A stretch of DNA of 64,000 nt, from positions 219,363,741 through 219,427,740 of the forward strand of contig CM041465.1 in the NCBI GenBank assembly GCA_023213395.1, written 5' to 3'. Numbering within the stretch: the first letter of the stretch is position 1; each line of letters begins with the position of its first letter. Source of the stretch: Cycas panzhihuaensis. Its lineage: Eukaryota > Plantae > Cycadophyta. Both the position numbers and the translations under genes were made by a program. A model generated the notes under the pieces. It was given only the letters and a program-made list of their open reading frames with translations, was not told the origin of the DNA and did no database searches. Shown one piece after another: positions 11,023 through 24,457 of this stretch.

Positions 11023-12914
11023 TTTAATAATAGGTGAGTAGTAATAAGTAATAATCTTTTATTATAGCTAATATTCTTTTATAATTGATTGTCCTCCATT
11101 TTCTTCTTCAATTTAGTAATAGATCAATAATCCTTGACTAATTGTAGTCATATATTTCCTTTGAAATTTTATAAAACATTCCTCCTAAGGGTAAATAATT
11201 GCCTTGAAATTTTTGCTTTATGAATGTAAGCACTAGAAGTGGTAAAAAGGTAAATAAATCAAACCTTATCCAATGCGTATTGTACTTGGACAAACTTGTT
11301 ATTGATGTTATACATTCCTTATCTTTTTAGGTGTATGCTACTACATTTCCCCAATCACCATGATGTTACTATCTTTTTTAATCCCAAGCCATTTTTTTAT
11401 GTTTCCTCTTTTTATTTTATAAGAATCTTGTTTATATGCACACTTATTTTAAGTAGAGATTTTAGTTAATTAAGTTTGAAGTTGAAGGCTTCTTCCTCCC
11501 TTTATTTTGAAATGTGTGAATATGTTGGAATTAAAATCTCTCATTTCATTTGTAATATTTTAAAATGTGTTTCACTCTTACAATTGTCATTTTTCTTGCA
11601 CTTATCAAATGGATGAAATAGATAGTAATCACTTTTTAAGGATAAAGATCAATAATTTTAAGTGAGGCACTAAGGAGATAATTTAGGTCAAATAGATGAA
11701 TAGGTCATGCTATTTTTTTTTACGATAGCATGGATTGCAAATAATATAGATTGATGATGAGATCATTATTCTCTTTTTCAAATTTGTATTTTTATATTAT
11801 TTTATTAAGTTTATGGAAATGAGATTTTCTCCTAAACTTATGCATCTAATTTCCCTTTTCTTTTTTCCTTTGTTAGAAAAGGTATTTCTATCAACTAGAA
11901 ATAATACAAACATTTTGTAATAGAAAATGTAGGGAAGAGAACATCATGCCTTCCATCAGAAAGTCATAAAGGGTGTATAAAAATGTACAAATATTACATT
12001 CAATATTTATAGGGGTGTTAACATGCATTGTATTCTACTTGTTAGGCTTTTGATTGCCCTAATTGAGTTATATCTTAGAAATTGATGTTTTTTTTTTTTC
12101 TTAAGTGAGATTGCCACTCCTATGCCAATAGACTACCCTTTCTTGAATTCCATAAATTCTCTCTTGATTTTGTTGGCTTTAACATATTTCAATTTTTCTC
12201 TCCTAAGACCATATGCCTACTTATATATAAAAACGGTTATGGATATATTTGTATTAGTCTAAGATGAAGGTGGCTAATCCCACTTGTCAAAACACATTAC
12301 CCCCTTTATAAGGCATTTCTCTTACCTCTAAATCATCATAATTTACATCAAACATAATCAAGGAAATTGACTACAAAGATATATAAAAATGCATATATAA
12401 CTCCATCAGATGTAACTAAGGAAACCTATTATCATGAAACATATAAGTTTTATCAAATGTAGTCGAGGAAGACATTTACAACCACATTTATATCATAAAA
12501 TAGGATATCATTAAACTGAATAATTAGATCAAAATAAATTCAAATATTTTTCATTTCACGTCTAAAAAATAAACTAAGAGTAAAAATTCACATAAATGAG
12601 AGCAATGATGAGGCCCACTTTTAGGCCCATCATTTCCCCCTTACTACTTATCCACCCTCTTAAAAGATCAAGCTTTATGCTTTTGCTTCCCCTTATCTTC
12701 TCATTGGTGCTTCTTCATTGGTGGAAGGTCATCTTTACTATAGAAGTAAACCTCTCAAAGATTCATCAATTGAGGAGTCTTATCCACCCACTCTATCATT
12801 AGCTCTCCTAGTTAATCATTTAATAGATCAAACCTATGAATATGTCCCTGTAAGACTTGTATAAAAAAGGCATACATAATAAAGAAGGTTTATTTATGAG
12901 GCCAATCCACTGAC

Positions 12915-13285
12915 TCAGACGTTTCTTCTCACTAGCACTCTTGAGATAGCAGAGAATTGGCAATCGCAGTAGCATCTTCTTATCTAATAGAGCAAACAAA
13001 TTAACCAAGAGTTTCACAGGAATACCAGAGCGCTAAATGATCACCAAAAATAGGAAGTACCACAGCACAATCTTTATAAAATGTTCTATCAAGATAACCA
13101 GCATTTCTAAGTTATGACCCTTATATAGACAAAAGAGGGTCTTATACATATAATTCTATTAGCGGCCTAAGTGGCCTTACATTCTATTAGACAGCAGTGG
13201 CTGTGCGTACCATTGGCCCGCTAGATGGAACATGCACAAAGTTCCATAGTGGTTTACATAACTTAGCCGGATAAGTTATGTAACA
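12915..13285 (-). repeat. 3' LTR of chromovirus copy 1
   Basis: Matches 19137-19504 and is adjacent to the PPT. Confidence 0.93.
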
Positions 13286-13299
13286 AGTCCCCTCCCCTA

Positions 13300-16200
13300 A
13301 GATGTTGAGTCCTCGAGGCATGAGAGATGTGGTGCTCTTTGACAAACTCATCGGACTCCCAAGTTGCTTCGTCAGAGTTGCAGCATGTCCACTATATCAA
13401 ATATTCTGAAATGGACTGATTCCAGAGACAGCGTTGTCAGGTAGCTAGTATACGTTCTGGAGGTATGGATAAGGTTTTCTCTTCATCCAAAATTGGAAGG
13501 GTTGTCTAGGGAATATGGGTTTTGCTTAGACACTTCCGAAGACAGGAGACATGAAAAACATTATGGATGTTTGTGGTGGAGAGAAGGTCGAGAGTATATG
13601 CAACTTCACCAATGCGTTTAAGGACTTTATAGGGGCTATAATATCGAGAGCTAAGTTTGTGGTTCTTATGATGGCGAAGGGATTGTTGCTTATAAGGTTG
13701 GAGATAAAGGAATACAAGATCCCCAATATTGAAGGAGCGATCAGAGCGGTGGCGGTCTGTTAATTATTTCATTTGATTTTGGGCCATGGATAGGTTTTGT
13801 TTAAGAGTGTGGAGAATTTGGTCCATATGTTACAATTTTTGTTGTATTGTTGCCATACGGAGGTTGGTAGCCAAGGTGTGGTGGGACAGCGGGGGATACC
13901 CATAGAGGGCCAAAAATGGGGACATTCCAATGGCTGAATGGTATGAGGAGTTATATCAATACTCAGGTAGGACTAGCCATAATGTTCATTTAGACTGGTG
14001 GTCAGATGCAAAGCAATGTAAGTAGGTCTCCAGAGTTTTGTTAAGGACCTCAGACTGGCCATCAGTCTGTAGATGGTATATAGAACTCATGTTGAATGAT
14101 GTTCCTAATGCGTAGAATAGCTCCAGCCAGAAGGAGCTAGTAAATTTAGGGTCACGATCACATACAATAGTGGATGGAAAACTGTGCAAATGAAATATTA
14201 TCTGGATGTAGATGTTAGTGATACATGGAGCTTTATAGGTTGTGTGGACAGGTAAGAAGTGGGCATATTTTGTCAATCAATTTATGACTACTAAAATGGA
14301 GTCAGATCCAGCAGATAGTGGTAGGCCCGTTATAAAGTCCATGGCAATATCTTGCCATTTCCCTTGTGGGATGTGTAACGGTTGAAGGAGGCCTAATTGG
14401 GGTTTTGTATCAGCTTTGTTATGTTGGCATGTGTCACATTATGAGACAAAGATAAGGATGGTAGATTTTATTTCTGGCCAAAAGAAATCAGAATGAATCC
14501 TACAGTAAGTTTTATCAAAACTAGAATGACCTCCAAGAGGGGAAGAATGATATTCTAATAAAATCTGTGGGATAAAAGCTAAGTGGGAATATACGAATAT
14601 GCAATTTTAGTATAAGAGAAGATTATTATAGATGGACCAATCCTTATGAGTGTGGACCTTATTAGCCTAGTGTGCAAAATCATGTTGGTTTTGGTTAGCC
14701 ATGGCTAAATCCTGTAGCCATTTCAGTTGTGGGGAAGAAATGGTATAAATGGTGGGGTCCTCAGTATGACTGGTGTTATCGCCAAGTGTAGGTGAAGGCA
14801 GCCTCGAGAGAGCATCTGCCACGATGTTATCTTTCCCCTTTTTATATGTGATTGTAAAATCAAAAACTTGGAGGTAATCGACCCATTTAGCCTGCTCTTC
14901 TAAGAGGACTAGTTGATCTAGTAAGCGACGAAGGCTATGATGATCAGTGAGGATAGTAAATTTAGAACCAAGTAGATACTGTCGCCACTTATCAACAGCA
15001 TGGAGGATGGCCCATATTTCTTTTTGATAGGTAGACATTCTACACTCATGATCTTTGAGTTTCTGACTTTCGAAGATAATGGGGTGGAAGTCTTGCATTA
15101 AGACTGCACCTAATCCAAACCTGGAGGCATCACATTCTAATTGGAAAGGCCAAGAAAAGTCAGGAGAGGCCAAGACCAGGGTGTACCTCCGTTATATGGA
15201 GGAAGGCCTCATTAGTTGAGGGGGACCATTGGAAGGAATCCTTCTAAAGTAAGCGGGTTAAAGGGGTGGTTAGTGTGGTATAATTTCGAATGAACTGATG
15301 ATAGAATACGGTAAGTCCTAGGAAAGCCTGCAATTAGGTTAAGGTTTTGGGGTTGGCCAATTAGTGATGACAGAGATTTTATCGGAATCCACCTGAACCC
15401 CTGCAAAGGATATAATATGACCAAGGTATTGTAGTTCAGATTTCCTAAACTCACATTTAGAGAATTTAGCATATAATTTATTTTCAGCTAGGATTTGAAG
15501 GATCATTTCTAGATGCAGGATGTGAGAAGGCATCTTTGAGCTATAGATAAGAATATTGTCAAAGATGACGATGACAAATTTTTGCAAGTATGGGGAAAAG
15601 ATCTTGTTCATGAGGGCCTGAAAGGTAGCCAGAGTATTATATAGGCCAAAGGGCATGACTTGAAACTCAAAGTAGCCATGGTGGGTTCGGAAAGTCATTT
15701 TATGTTGATCCTCTAGCAAGATAGGGATTTGGTAATATCTTGACTGTAAATCAAGTTTGGCGAAAATTGCAGCCCCATGGATTTCATCTAACATGTCATC
15801 GATTCGTGGCGTGGGAAATTTATTTTTTATGGTGATATTATTGAGTGTACAATAGTCAACGCAAAGTCGGAAAGAGCCATCCTTTTTGTGAACTAAAATG
15901 ATGGGTGTCGCATATAGGCTTTTACTAGGTTGGATGATACCCATGTCCAATAATTCCCTTGTGATTATTTTTATTTCATTTTTTTGGAAATATGAGTTCC
16001 TATATGGTTGAAGGCTAATCAAGTTGTGTGTACTTTGCAACCCAATAGTATGGTAAAAACCTCGATCAGGTTAGGGGCTGGCAGGTAACGGGGCAAATAT
16101 CGATTGGTATCGATCTAATACTTATTGGATATCAGGGTGGATACCCGAAGGGGCCTGGATATGGTTAACATAAATGATGTATCATGTGTTACCATTGAGT

Positions 16201-17827
16201 TGGTGGCGCATTCAGGTGGGTGAGATTACTTTGTTTGGGGGGGCTTGCATCCCATAAAGTTTATGAGAGCAACCCATGTGATCTTTGAACATAATGAAGG
16301 GGGCCATGGGTGAGTTATTGGTACTATAAGTTCCTAGAGTCTGGAGCCATTGTATACCAAGAATTACATCTGACCCACCTATAAATAAGGTATAAAAATT
16401 AGAGACAAGGGTATATGAGCCAATGTGGACCATGAGGTTTTTTATTATTCCAGCACAATTGAGGGTGTGATGACCAGGTAAGGAGCAAGTAAAGCCTGTT
16501 TTAGGTTTTATGTAAAGATTCAACTGTCGAGCAATGGAGATACTTATGAAATTTAGTGACGTGCCACCGTTGATCAAAATGATAATTGGGGTTTTCCTAA
16601 GTATTCCCTTGACTCAAAGTGGTTCAGGACATGTAATGGAGGTAACATTTGATAAGGAAACTTTAGGCTCAGGATTTGGGGATAACTCATCAGTAGGGTG
16701 GTCTTGGGATTCATCATCATATTCATGCTCAATCTTGGGGTCATCTTCCAAAGATAAGTCTGGGTCAATTGTAAAGACCATCTTCCTAGCTTTGCAGATT
16801 CTATTGTGACCAGTGGTCTATTTTTCAAAATATTGTATACATAAACCGGCTTCTTGATGACATTGTGCCTCTACTTGAGTGATGTGTATGGACTTCAAAG
16901 ATGATTCCTCCATGCACTGCTTGAGAGATGTAACTGGGGTGTCCTCTGGTCATGGGCGTGATCGTTGGTAGTCAATTGGACGTGGTCTTTGGGACTAGGC
17001 TAGATCAACTTATCGGGATCGTGAAAGCTAAGTGGAGTCTCGTCTAAATGGAGGAGGTCTTTCTATGGTAAATTCTGCTTCTACTGCCTTAGCCATATAA
17101 TTGCATCCCTTAGAGTAAATAGGGAGACTGTCTTTAACCACATTTGGATACGTTCTTTAAGCCCAGACACATATGTATCTATCTCTGTCTATTTATCAAG
17201 TTGCTGATCAACCTGATTATGTAAAGATTGGAACTCATCAGTGTAAACTTCAACAGAGGATACTTGCTTTAAACGTGTTAGCTGTGTAAAAAAGGATTAG
17301 TTCCAAGTGTCTTCATACTGCTCAAAAAAACAAGTAGAGAAGTGTGCCAAAGACTGGCTAGAGGGATACTCTCGCTTCCACCATCAGAACTAATGATGTG
17401 CCTTCCCATCTAAGTGGATGGAAGCAAATATAAATTACTTATTTATTGGCATTGGGTTGAGTGTAAAGTAGGACTCTAGTTTGCTAATCCAACTTTATGC
17501 ACTATCCCTATTGAGATCTAGATCAAATGTGGGTATGTTGATCTTATGATGGAATGGCTGCTGTTAATGTGGAGGTGGAGGTACTTTTTGTTGCTGTGAG
17601 GGGCCAACTGGTGGTGGAGGAGAGAAGTTATTCAACCTCTTAATTACATGTTGGACATCATCATGGGATGCTAGGTTTTACAATCTTGAGCTAAATTCTG
17701 GCCGTATGGTAGCTACTTCATTTTTAACATCCTCGCGTATATGGCCGAAATTATCTACTTTATCTTGAATATTATTGACTTGGGTCTCGAGTGCCAAGAT
17801 TTTATCATTATTGCTTTGAGGAGCCAT
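13300..17827 (-). pseudogene. gag-pol of chromovirus copy 1 (disrupted)
   Basis: Start MAPQSNNDKI at 17827; protease INGGTSLNFI (16212-16577); RT KKDGSFRLCVDY...VIFDNILIYS (15339-16040); RH ECDASRFGLGAVL...NIVADALSR (14667-15173); INT CDRDPKFTS..QTDGQSE (13986-14276); chromodomain PERIL...EYLI*W...EATWE (~13310-13460). Confidence 0.93.
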
Positions 17828-19136
17828 GGAGAAAGGGCACAAAGAGATGGTAATAAGCAGAAAGAAGGGGAATGAATGAAGTGGGAAAGATCAAGAAAGA
17901 ACGGGACGTGAGAAAAAGGGAGTTGTTAAGGGAAAGAGAAGGGGGCGAATAGGGAGATTGTGGGGTGTCTATAGCCTATTGACCTTAACGAAAGTTACAT
18001 AAATAAGATATTAGGTTCTCTCAAACAAGTGTGAAAAGCTTGTTCAAATGGGGCATATGAAGTGTAGGGGGGGATGGGGGTGGTGGGACCCACCAATGAC
18101 TAGGTACTAAAAATCGTGAAAATTTATACTATATACCAACCTAGTGTAAACTGACTAGTACGATGTACTAATTAAAATGAGGTATATACTTGTAAGGGTA
18201 AATTTTCTCACTGAATTAAGAAATTTTTCTTGTAAGGGTAAATTTTTTTTTTTTTTGTCTCTTTTTCTTTTCTTTTCTTTTCTTTTCTTCCTTTTTTTTT
18301 CTCCTTCCTGTAGTGGGTGTGACTACACTGATAGGTTCTAAGTTCAGGTAGTAGGATGAATCTTTTTTTTTTTTTTTAATGTAAGGTGACTTACGGTCTG
18401 AACTTGGAATATGTATACCAAAGTATCCTACCAACCACTAGACAAGGTGTGCTTGGTCTTATAGGCCTGCCAATAAACTATAGAAGTTTGTGGCAGGTAG
18501 CTTCGTGGCGCTAACTGCTAACCACTTCACTACAAGACTTCAGTGGTCGATAGTTGCCTATGCTAAGAAAGGATTGGGACATGAAGGGGTCCTCCTATAT
18601 ACCCGAAGGTATGTGGAGGCACACTTCCATAGCCAGGTTCTATCTAGGGCTTGGCTTAGGAGTGTTACTCCAATCCTTTACGTAAAGGATAAGAGGGACA
18701 CTATGCACTTAGCTAGAATGACAAATCACGGTGATATTTAAAGACCCCCAGTACAGGGTCTCTATCTAACTACTTAGGTAGCCACCCAACGATGTTATCT
18801 ACCTGGGAAAGGAGTTTGGAGAGAGAAAGGGTAGCTACCCAATGGTGTTATCTACCCTTTAGATATAATTTAATGCAGAAATTGAAATATAGAAATGAAA
18901 TTAAAACCAGATGAAAGATAAAGGATAAAGTACTAGTATTACTTGGGAAAAGAATTTCCCTTTTCTCCTAACTCTTAGACTATCTCGGCATCGTTCCTCA
19001 ATCTCCATAGAGAGAGTACTAAGTGAAGGTTTTTCCTCGATCTCTACTAGAGAGAGTACTCAATCTGATAGAGAAAAAAAAAAATTATGATCTTTCAGGC
19101 AGCTTCCCATTATCGTGACGTAACTTTGATACCACT

Positions 19137-19504
19137 TGAGACGTTTCTTCTCACTAGCACTCTTGAGATAGCAGAGAATTGACAATTGCAATGTCTTCTT
19201 ATCCAATAGAGCAAACAAATTAACTAAGAGTTTCATATGAACACTAGAGCATTAAATGATCACCAAAGATAGAAAGTACCACAGCACAACCTTTATAAAA
19301 TGTTCTATTAAGATAATCATTATTTATAATTTATGACCCTTATATAGACAAAAGAGGGTCTTATACATGTAATCCTATTGGTGGCCTAAGCGGCCTTACA
19401 TTCTATTGGATGGCAATGACCATGCATACCATTGGCCTGCTAGACGGCACATGCACAAAGTTCCATAGTGGTTTACAAAGTTTAGCTGGATAAGTTATGT
19501 AACA
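19137..19504 (-). repeat. 5' LTR of chromovirus copy 1
   Basis: TGAGAC...GTAACA on +, adjacent to the PBS-Met. Confidence 0.93.
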
Positions 19505-19509
19505 TTGAC

Positions 19510-22500
19510 TTAGGTATTTATTCAAACATTGAATCAATTAGTCTACATGAATGGAGGCCAAAGTATATATCTCTCTATAATATGGTGCATGGCATATTAG
19601 ATCTAAAGTCAAATCTCGAAAGTAACCCTCAACTACTATCTCCAAATTTTCCTTTATTTGTTATTTATGTTGATCTTAAGATTGGATTAATTCTTGTTAA
19701 TTCCAAGCATAAAGCTCTTATTATTCTAAATTTATCATTAATTATCTATGTAAAACTAATGTAGATTCTCCATATTCATCATTCCCCTCATACTCAATGA
19801 GGTCCTCTATCCTTCAATTTTATGATTTCCATGCAAATGTAAGGACTTGAAGATGCGAGATCCTTGTCAAAATATTTTGATTGATTTCATTTTGTTTCAC
19901 AAAGTGTTAATCAATTAGATTGATGCCAATCTTTTGGAATTTTATTGAATCTTATTATGTTGAAGATATTGTGTTGAAAATCTTTTGGTTGATAAATCAA
20001 AATGTATGTATGTTGAAATCTTAGTGGCTATGCTATATTGATGTCATTCACTTATGCTAGACTTGGTCAATGTCAACTTTTGCCTTTTAATAAAAATTGA
20101 CATAATCGATATTCAACATAGACTTAGCTTACATATGATAAAGTTTTGAGATATTATGAAGTTAGTTCTATAACTATTTTATAATTGCCTATGTTAGGTA
20201 ATTGTATAAATAGTTTCAGTCTGATAAGTCATGCAAATCCTTGTACTTCTATAATTGTGAGTCTCGACTTATATCAAACTTGAATGTAAGCATTATAGGT
20301 CCTACCCAATGTAATTGATGAGAGCAGTTACATTGGTTATGCCAATTTTACTATCAATAAAAGAGAATTGGTGGATAAAATCTTGTGCGATGCTTGGTTG
20401 GATGCTATTGTTAATGCTATATTATCATGTTGTGATGAATGTTTATAGTATTAACAAATTAGCATCCAACATCTGGTTCTATTTCCTTTGAATTTGGCAT
20501 TTATTTTTGGAGTAATTTTTCAAGACTACAACCAATTGAAGATAAGTCTTTAAGACTAAGCTAATGGGACGAGGGAGGACGAATAATGGATGGGGACAAT
20601 GCATGATTAATTAAGGACATTAAGATATAATCACTAGAGTAGAGAACACTTTGAGATTAGTTAAAGACTTCTATTATATCTAAAAAATTAGAAGAAAATT
20701 TTTCAAGACTAGGAAGCATTGGTATATATTATTTGTTACAAAGTAAAATACAATAAGAACTCAATTGAAGATGCATTGAAGGAATTGGAGAAGCAAATTG
20801 AGTCTTCATCACTCAAAGATTTATACTCCAAAAGGAATGCCCCTTCCCCTATAATTAATCAAGTGAAACAAGTCAAAAACATAATGGCAAATACTCTTGT
20901 TGTCCAATATGTAGTAATAATACCTTTGCTAGAATATGATAGAAATTCATATGCCAATCAATATATGTTTATCTGTGAGTCCATTTAGACATGTGGAGTA
21001 ATGATTGATGATTAAACTAAATAGAATGAGTTCATGACCACTCTACATAGGAAAGCTCAAACATGCTACCAATATGCAAAGAACCAAGGATTATTCTAGG
21101 ATTAGAATGCATGTGAAGCTCATTCTTTTATGGTCTTCCCACAACAAAATCAAAGACAATCTATCTTTAATGAGATATGTAATTTATATATTCGAGTGGA
21201 GGAAACATTTCAAGCTTTCACTTTAATATGTGTGGAGATATTTGTAAAATCTACATATAAAATAGATGTCAAATAATAAGTTAACTACTTTCTTAATGGA
21301 CTCCTAGTGAAGGTATGCATTACATTAAGGCATAAAAATCTTCTTACTTTTGAGGAAGTAGTAGAAGCAAATGTTCAACTCAAAGGAGATATGGAGACAT
21401 CTATGACTCTACCTAATTCCACCTAATTGATAAAATAGTTGGTATAAGTACTTCAACGAATGGATCTCCCATCATAACAGTAAAAAATAGTAAACATTTG
21501 GTACACAAAGTGTAAAAGACAAGGATATTTCCATGAAGAATACCCCTTAAGGATAATAGGTGGATAAGATTTGAAGAATACATATTATCAAGTAATCTAG
21601 TCCTTATAATACCTCTATGTCAAATCAATCTAGATGATAAAGGAAATTTTCCTATTATCATGGGATACTTAGAGATCCCAATGAAAAATGTTGACTTAAC
21701 ATGACAAATAGCATATTAAAGTAATTTTTTCATATTAGCAAGGTACAAACTCATAATATAGATCAACACAATTTTAATATTAGAATAAAAAATGGAGTAA
21801 AACCAAGAAATCAAAACAAGCACCTAGAGACATTAAGACATTTTCAATGCAACAAATGTTGATGTTGGGAGCACATATGTGGTAGTTGTCTTTATTAGCC
21901 TAGAGTGATAATTTACATCCTCTATGGACTAGGAGACCACATGATAGTAGAATGCCCAAATTATTGGAGAAAATAAAGGGAAAAGATAAAGTTATAAATC
22001 ACTTAACAATAATTACAAGACCAATAGCTCCACCATAAGAACTAGAAAGCTCATCAATGATAGAGGAGAGGGAGCTTAATTGGGTCGCTTGAAAAGGAAT
22101 AAGAGGAGGAGTAGATTACCATCATAGACAATCAAGAATGATCCTAAATAAAAGTGAAACACAAAAGATAGTTTATCCAGGCCCTCTACGATAGAAGAGG
22201 ACATTCTTAAAAGCACAAAATGAGTTGAATTTGGAATAACTATTTTATTTGGCAAAGAAGAGTTTTTGTCCTTCCTATTTAATATAGGGCATATAATCTA
22301 ATTGGCAAGAAAGATAAATCCCAAAGGTTGATCGCCTTAGTATACTCACTAATTACCCAAATTTTAATTATAGTCAATAAAGATAAACTAGTACCAAAAA
22401 TTAGACAAATCAAATAATGAACTCAATGACAGGTAAAACAAGAAAAAGATTTAGAACTACTTATAGATATTCAAATCAATGAATATATATTTTAAGATAC

Positions 22501-24457
22501 CATTAATGAATTTGGTTCTCAAGTAAATTTAATTATAAAAGACGCATAAGGAAGAATGAGGTGACCTAACTTCACCTAAATGGGTGGGACCATATTTGGT
22601 AGTTGAAGATCTAGAGAATGGTGCCTACCGTGTTTCCACTTTAAAAGGATTAAAGCTCTAAAAGCCTATTAATTCATAATTTTTACAAAGCTTTTATACT
22701 TAATCTGTCTTCTTTGTAATAAGGATAAACGATGATTCCAAAAGCATTATTATCTAATGAGCTAAAACTATAGATAATCCCCTTCTTCATTGCCTCTTTT
22801 ATCAACCAAGTTCTTTGATACATGACTTGTTCCTAATGGCTACGTAAGACTATTGTTCCTTCAATAGGCATAGGCATTGGTCATCAAGTCATCACCTCTA
22901 TCTTGAGAGTTCTCTTACTTGTCTTTGTAGGATTCTCTTTTGAGCTCCAAGCTCAAAAGAGAAGTTAGACCCCTAATTCTATCCTTAGAAGTTGTAATCA
23001 AATAGGGAACTTAAGTCATTAACTTCAGTTAATATGTGAGTTGCTTAGCTTATTCTTCATATTTATCTTTTAGTATAGAGATTCAGGTTTGTTTATACAC
23101 CACTCATATGTATTTATTTATGATCCTTAGTTTTCCTTACTATACTCTCAAGGTTATTACTCATTCTACTGCCTTCCCTATTACACTCAGAGACGTTATG
23201 ATTTAGAGTTCCTTTTTCTCCTCATGGTTTAATCTTTGAGGAGTTTGGTTGACACCTTTTATTACTTTAGTTTCATTAAAAAGGGATAGTCCTCATTATA
23301 TTGAGAGAAGGTGCTTCATGACTAGGGGAGTTATGCACTCATTTAATTGTAAATATTAAAAAGTTAATATATTGAAAAAAAAACTTAAAAAAAGAAGAAG
23401 AAGAAAAATTAAAAGCAAAAAATCAAAAATCAAATCAAAAGAAGAAGTGAGAAAGATTGTTAGTTTATTTATATCACCCTCTTATTATCTAGAGCAAGTT
23501 GCATGATGGCTTCATCTCCACCTATATCTACTATAGGTTAGGTTCATTTGGGTGCATTAATCAGGTCCTTCATATCTAATTGTGTAGGTCCACCATGGTC
23601 TTAATTATGATCGAAACCTATTTGAGATCTCTTTTGTCTTTATTATTTACCCAATCAAGATCTCACCTTTCTTCCTTTATAATTGGAACTACTTTTTCAA
23701 TTTATCACCTTTAATTCCTCATTGATTAATTCTTGCCACTTTCCTTCATCGATCACTTAGTCTTTAAGTTTTGGTTCCTATTCTTACTATGGCATTAAGT
23801 ATATATACTGATAGATGTAGTAGAGGCAACCGAGAACTATCTGTTATTGTATGGGTGATTTATGATCAATCAAGGAATCTATTTACCATTGCTACTGTAT
23901 TTCAGCCTAAGGAAACTAATAATAAAGTTAAATATATTACGATTATAGGAGCTTTGACTCGTGTTACATTCCTACCATTGTCCCATTAGTCTTTATTCTG
24001 ACTCTCAAGTTGTAGTTTATTAGTTAGTTGGTATATACCATATCCACTCTCTATAACTCCTTACTCTTCATCATCAGGCTTCACTATTGATGTCTTTTTT
24101 TCATTCAATTACCATTCAACATATCCTACATACCTATAATATTAAAATTGATGGCTTAGTCTCTCATATTTTAGGAAACTATCTTTGGTAGTTTTTGTTT
24201 TATGTTGGAGCCATCACTCTAGAATGAATATAAACTATCACTCCAAAATAAGTATATATTATCACTCTAGGATAAGTATAAACTATCATGTAAATACGAA
24301 ACAAAGAAATAACAAAAAGAAATGACCCAAACAAGAAAAAAAAAAAAAAAAAAAATCCATATTATTTCATTATTAGTCATAATATAGAGCCTGTGTTTTG
24401 ATCATACATCTTAACATAAAACAAGGGATGGGGGAAATCTGGTTAGAGTTAATATTC
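19510..24457 (+). mobile_element. Tat/Retand-like non-chromovirus Ty3/gypsy relic: LTR end, PBS-Lys, gag, zinc knuckles, protease fused directly to the integrase tail, long 3' region, PPT
   Basis: TTAACA (20456), then TAGCATCCAACAT (20460-20472), which is TGGCGCCCAACGT with four transitions. Gag EFMTTLHRKAQTCY (~21030); decayed CCHC WYTKCKRQGYFHEEYP (~21500); protease INEFGSQVNLI (~22500); INT tail PKWVGPYLV...NGAYRV (22575-22703); PPT AAGGGATGGGGG (~24423-24434). Confidence 0.72.
24213..24288. repeat. 24-bp tandem repeat x3 in the Tat-like 3' region
   Basis: ATCACTCTAGAATGAATATAAACT / ATCACTCCAAAATAAGTATATATT / ATCACTCTAGGATAAGTATAAACT. Confidence 0.85.

Larger units (their letters stand above)
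12915..19504 (-). mobile_element. Full-length decayed Ty3/gypsy chromovirus (Reina-like), copy 1
   Basis: LTRs at 12915-13285 and 19137-19504. TSD CTGAC/TTGAC. PBS-Met TGGTATCAAAG (reverse complement at ~19124-19134). PPT GGGGAGGGGACT at 13286-13297. Single gag-PR-RT-RH-INT-chromodomain ORF remnant. Confidence 0.95.

Noticed and set aside
12016-12914. Left part of a 5' LTR for the Tat-like element (TGTTAA start, site II motifs, TATA)
   Set aside because: Plausible, but no matching 3' LTR or TSD could be found by eye, so it is not listed as a feature.
12915-13285. Hammerhead ribozyme / retrozyme in the ~370-400 bp LTRs (GAAAC near the LTR end)
   Set aside because: No CTGANGA core found in suitable geometry. 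The elements encode gag-pol and GAAACGTCTCA is simply the LTR terminus.
13526-13763. ORF pair conserved at 13526-13763 and 25104-25341 that looked like a separate small gene
   Set aside because: Lies within the integrase C-terminal region of the two related elements. Conservation is explained by shared ancestry and pol constraint.
19120-19136. tRNA gene fragments at TGGTATCA motifs
   Set aside because: These are primer-binding sites complementary to the tRNA-iMet 3' end. No cloverleaf is present.
24213-24288. Short regular repeats (also 5460-5830 and 32750-32870) as a CRISPR-like array
   Set aside because: Head-to-tail degenerate repeats without unique spacers, in a eukaryotic TE context with no cas genes.
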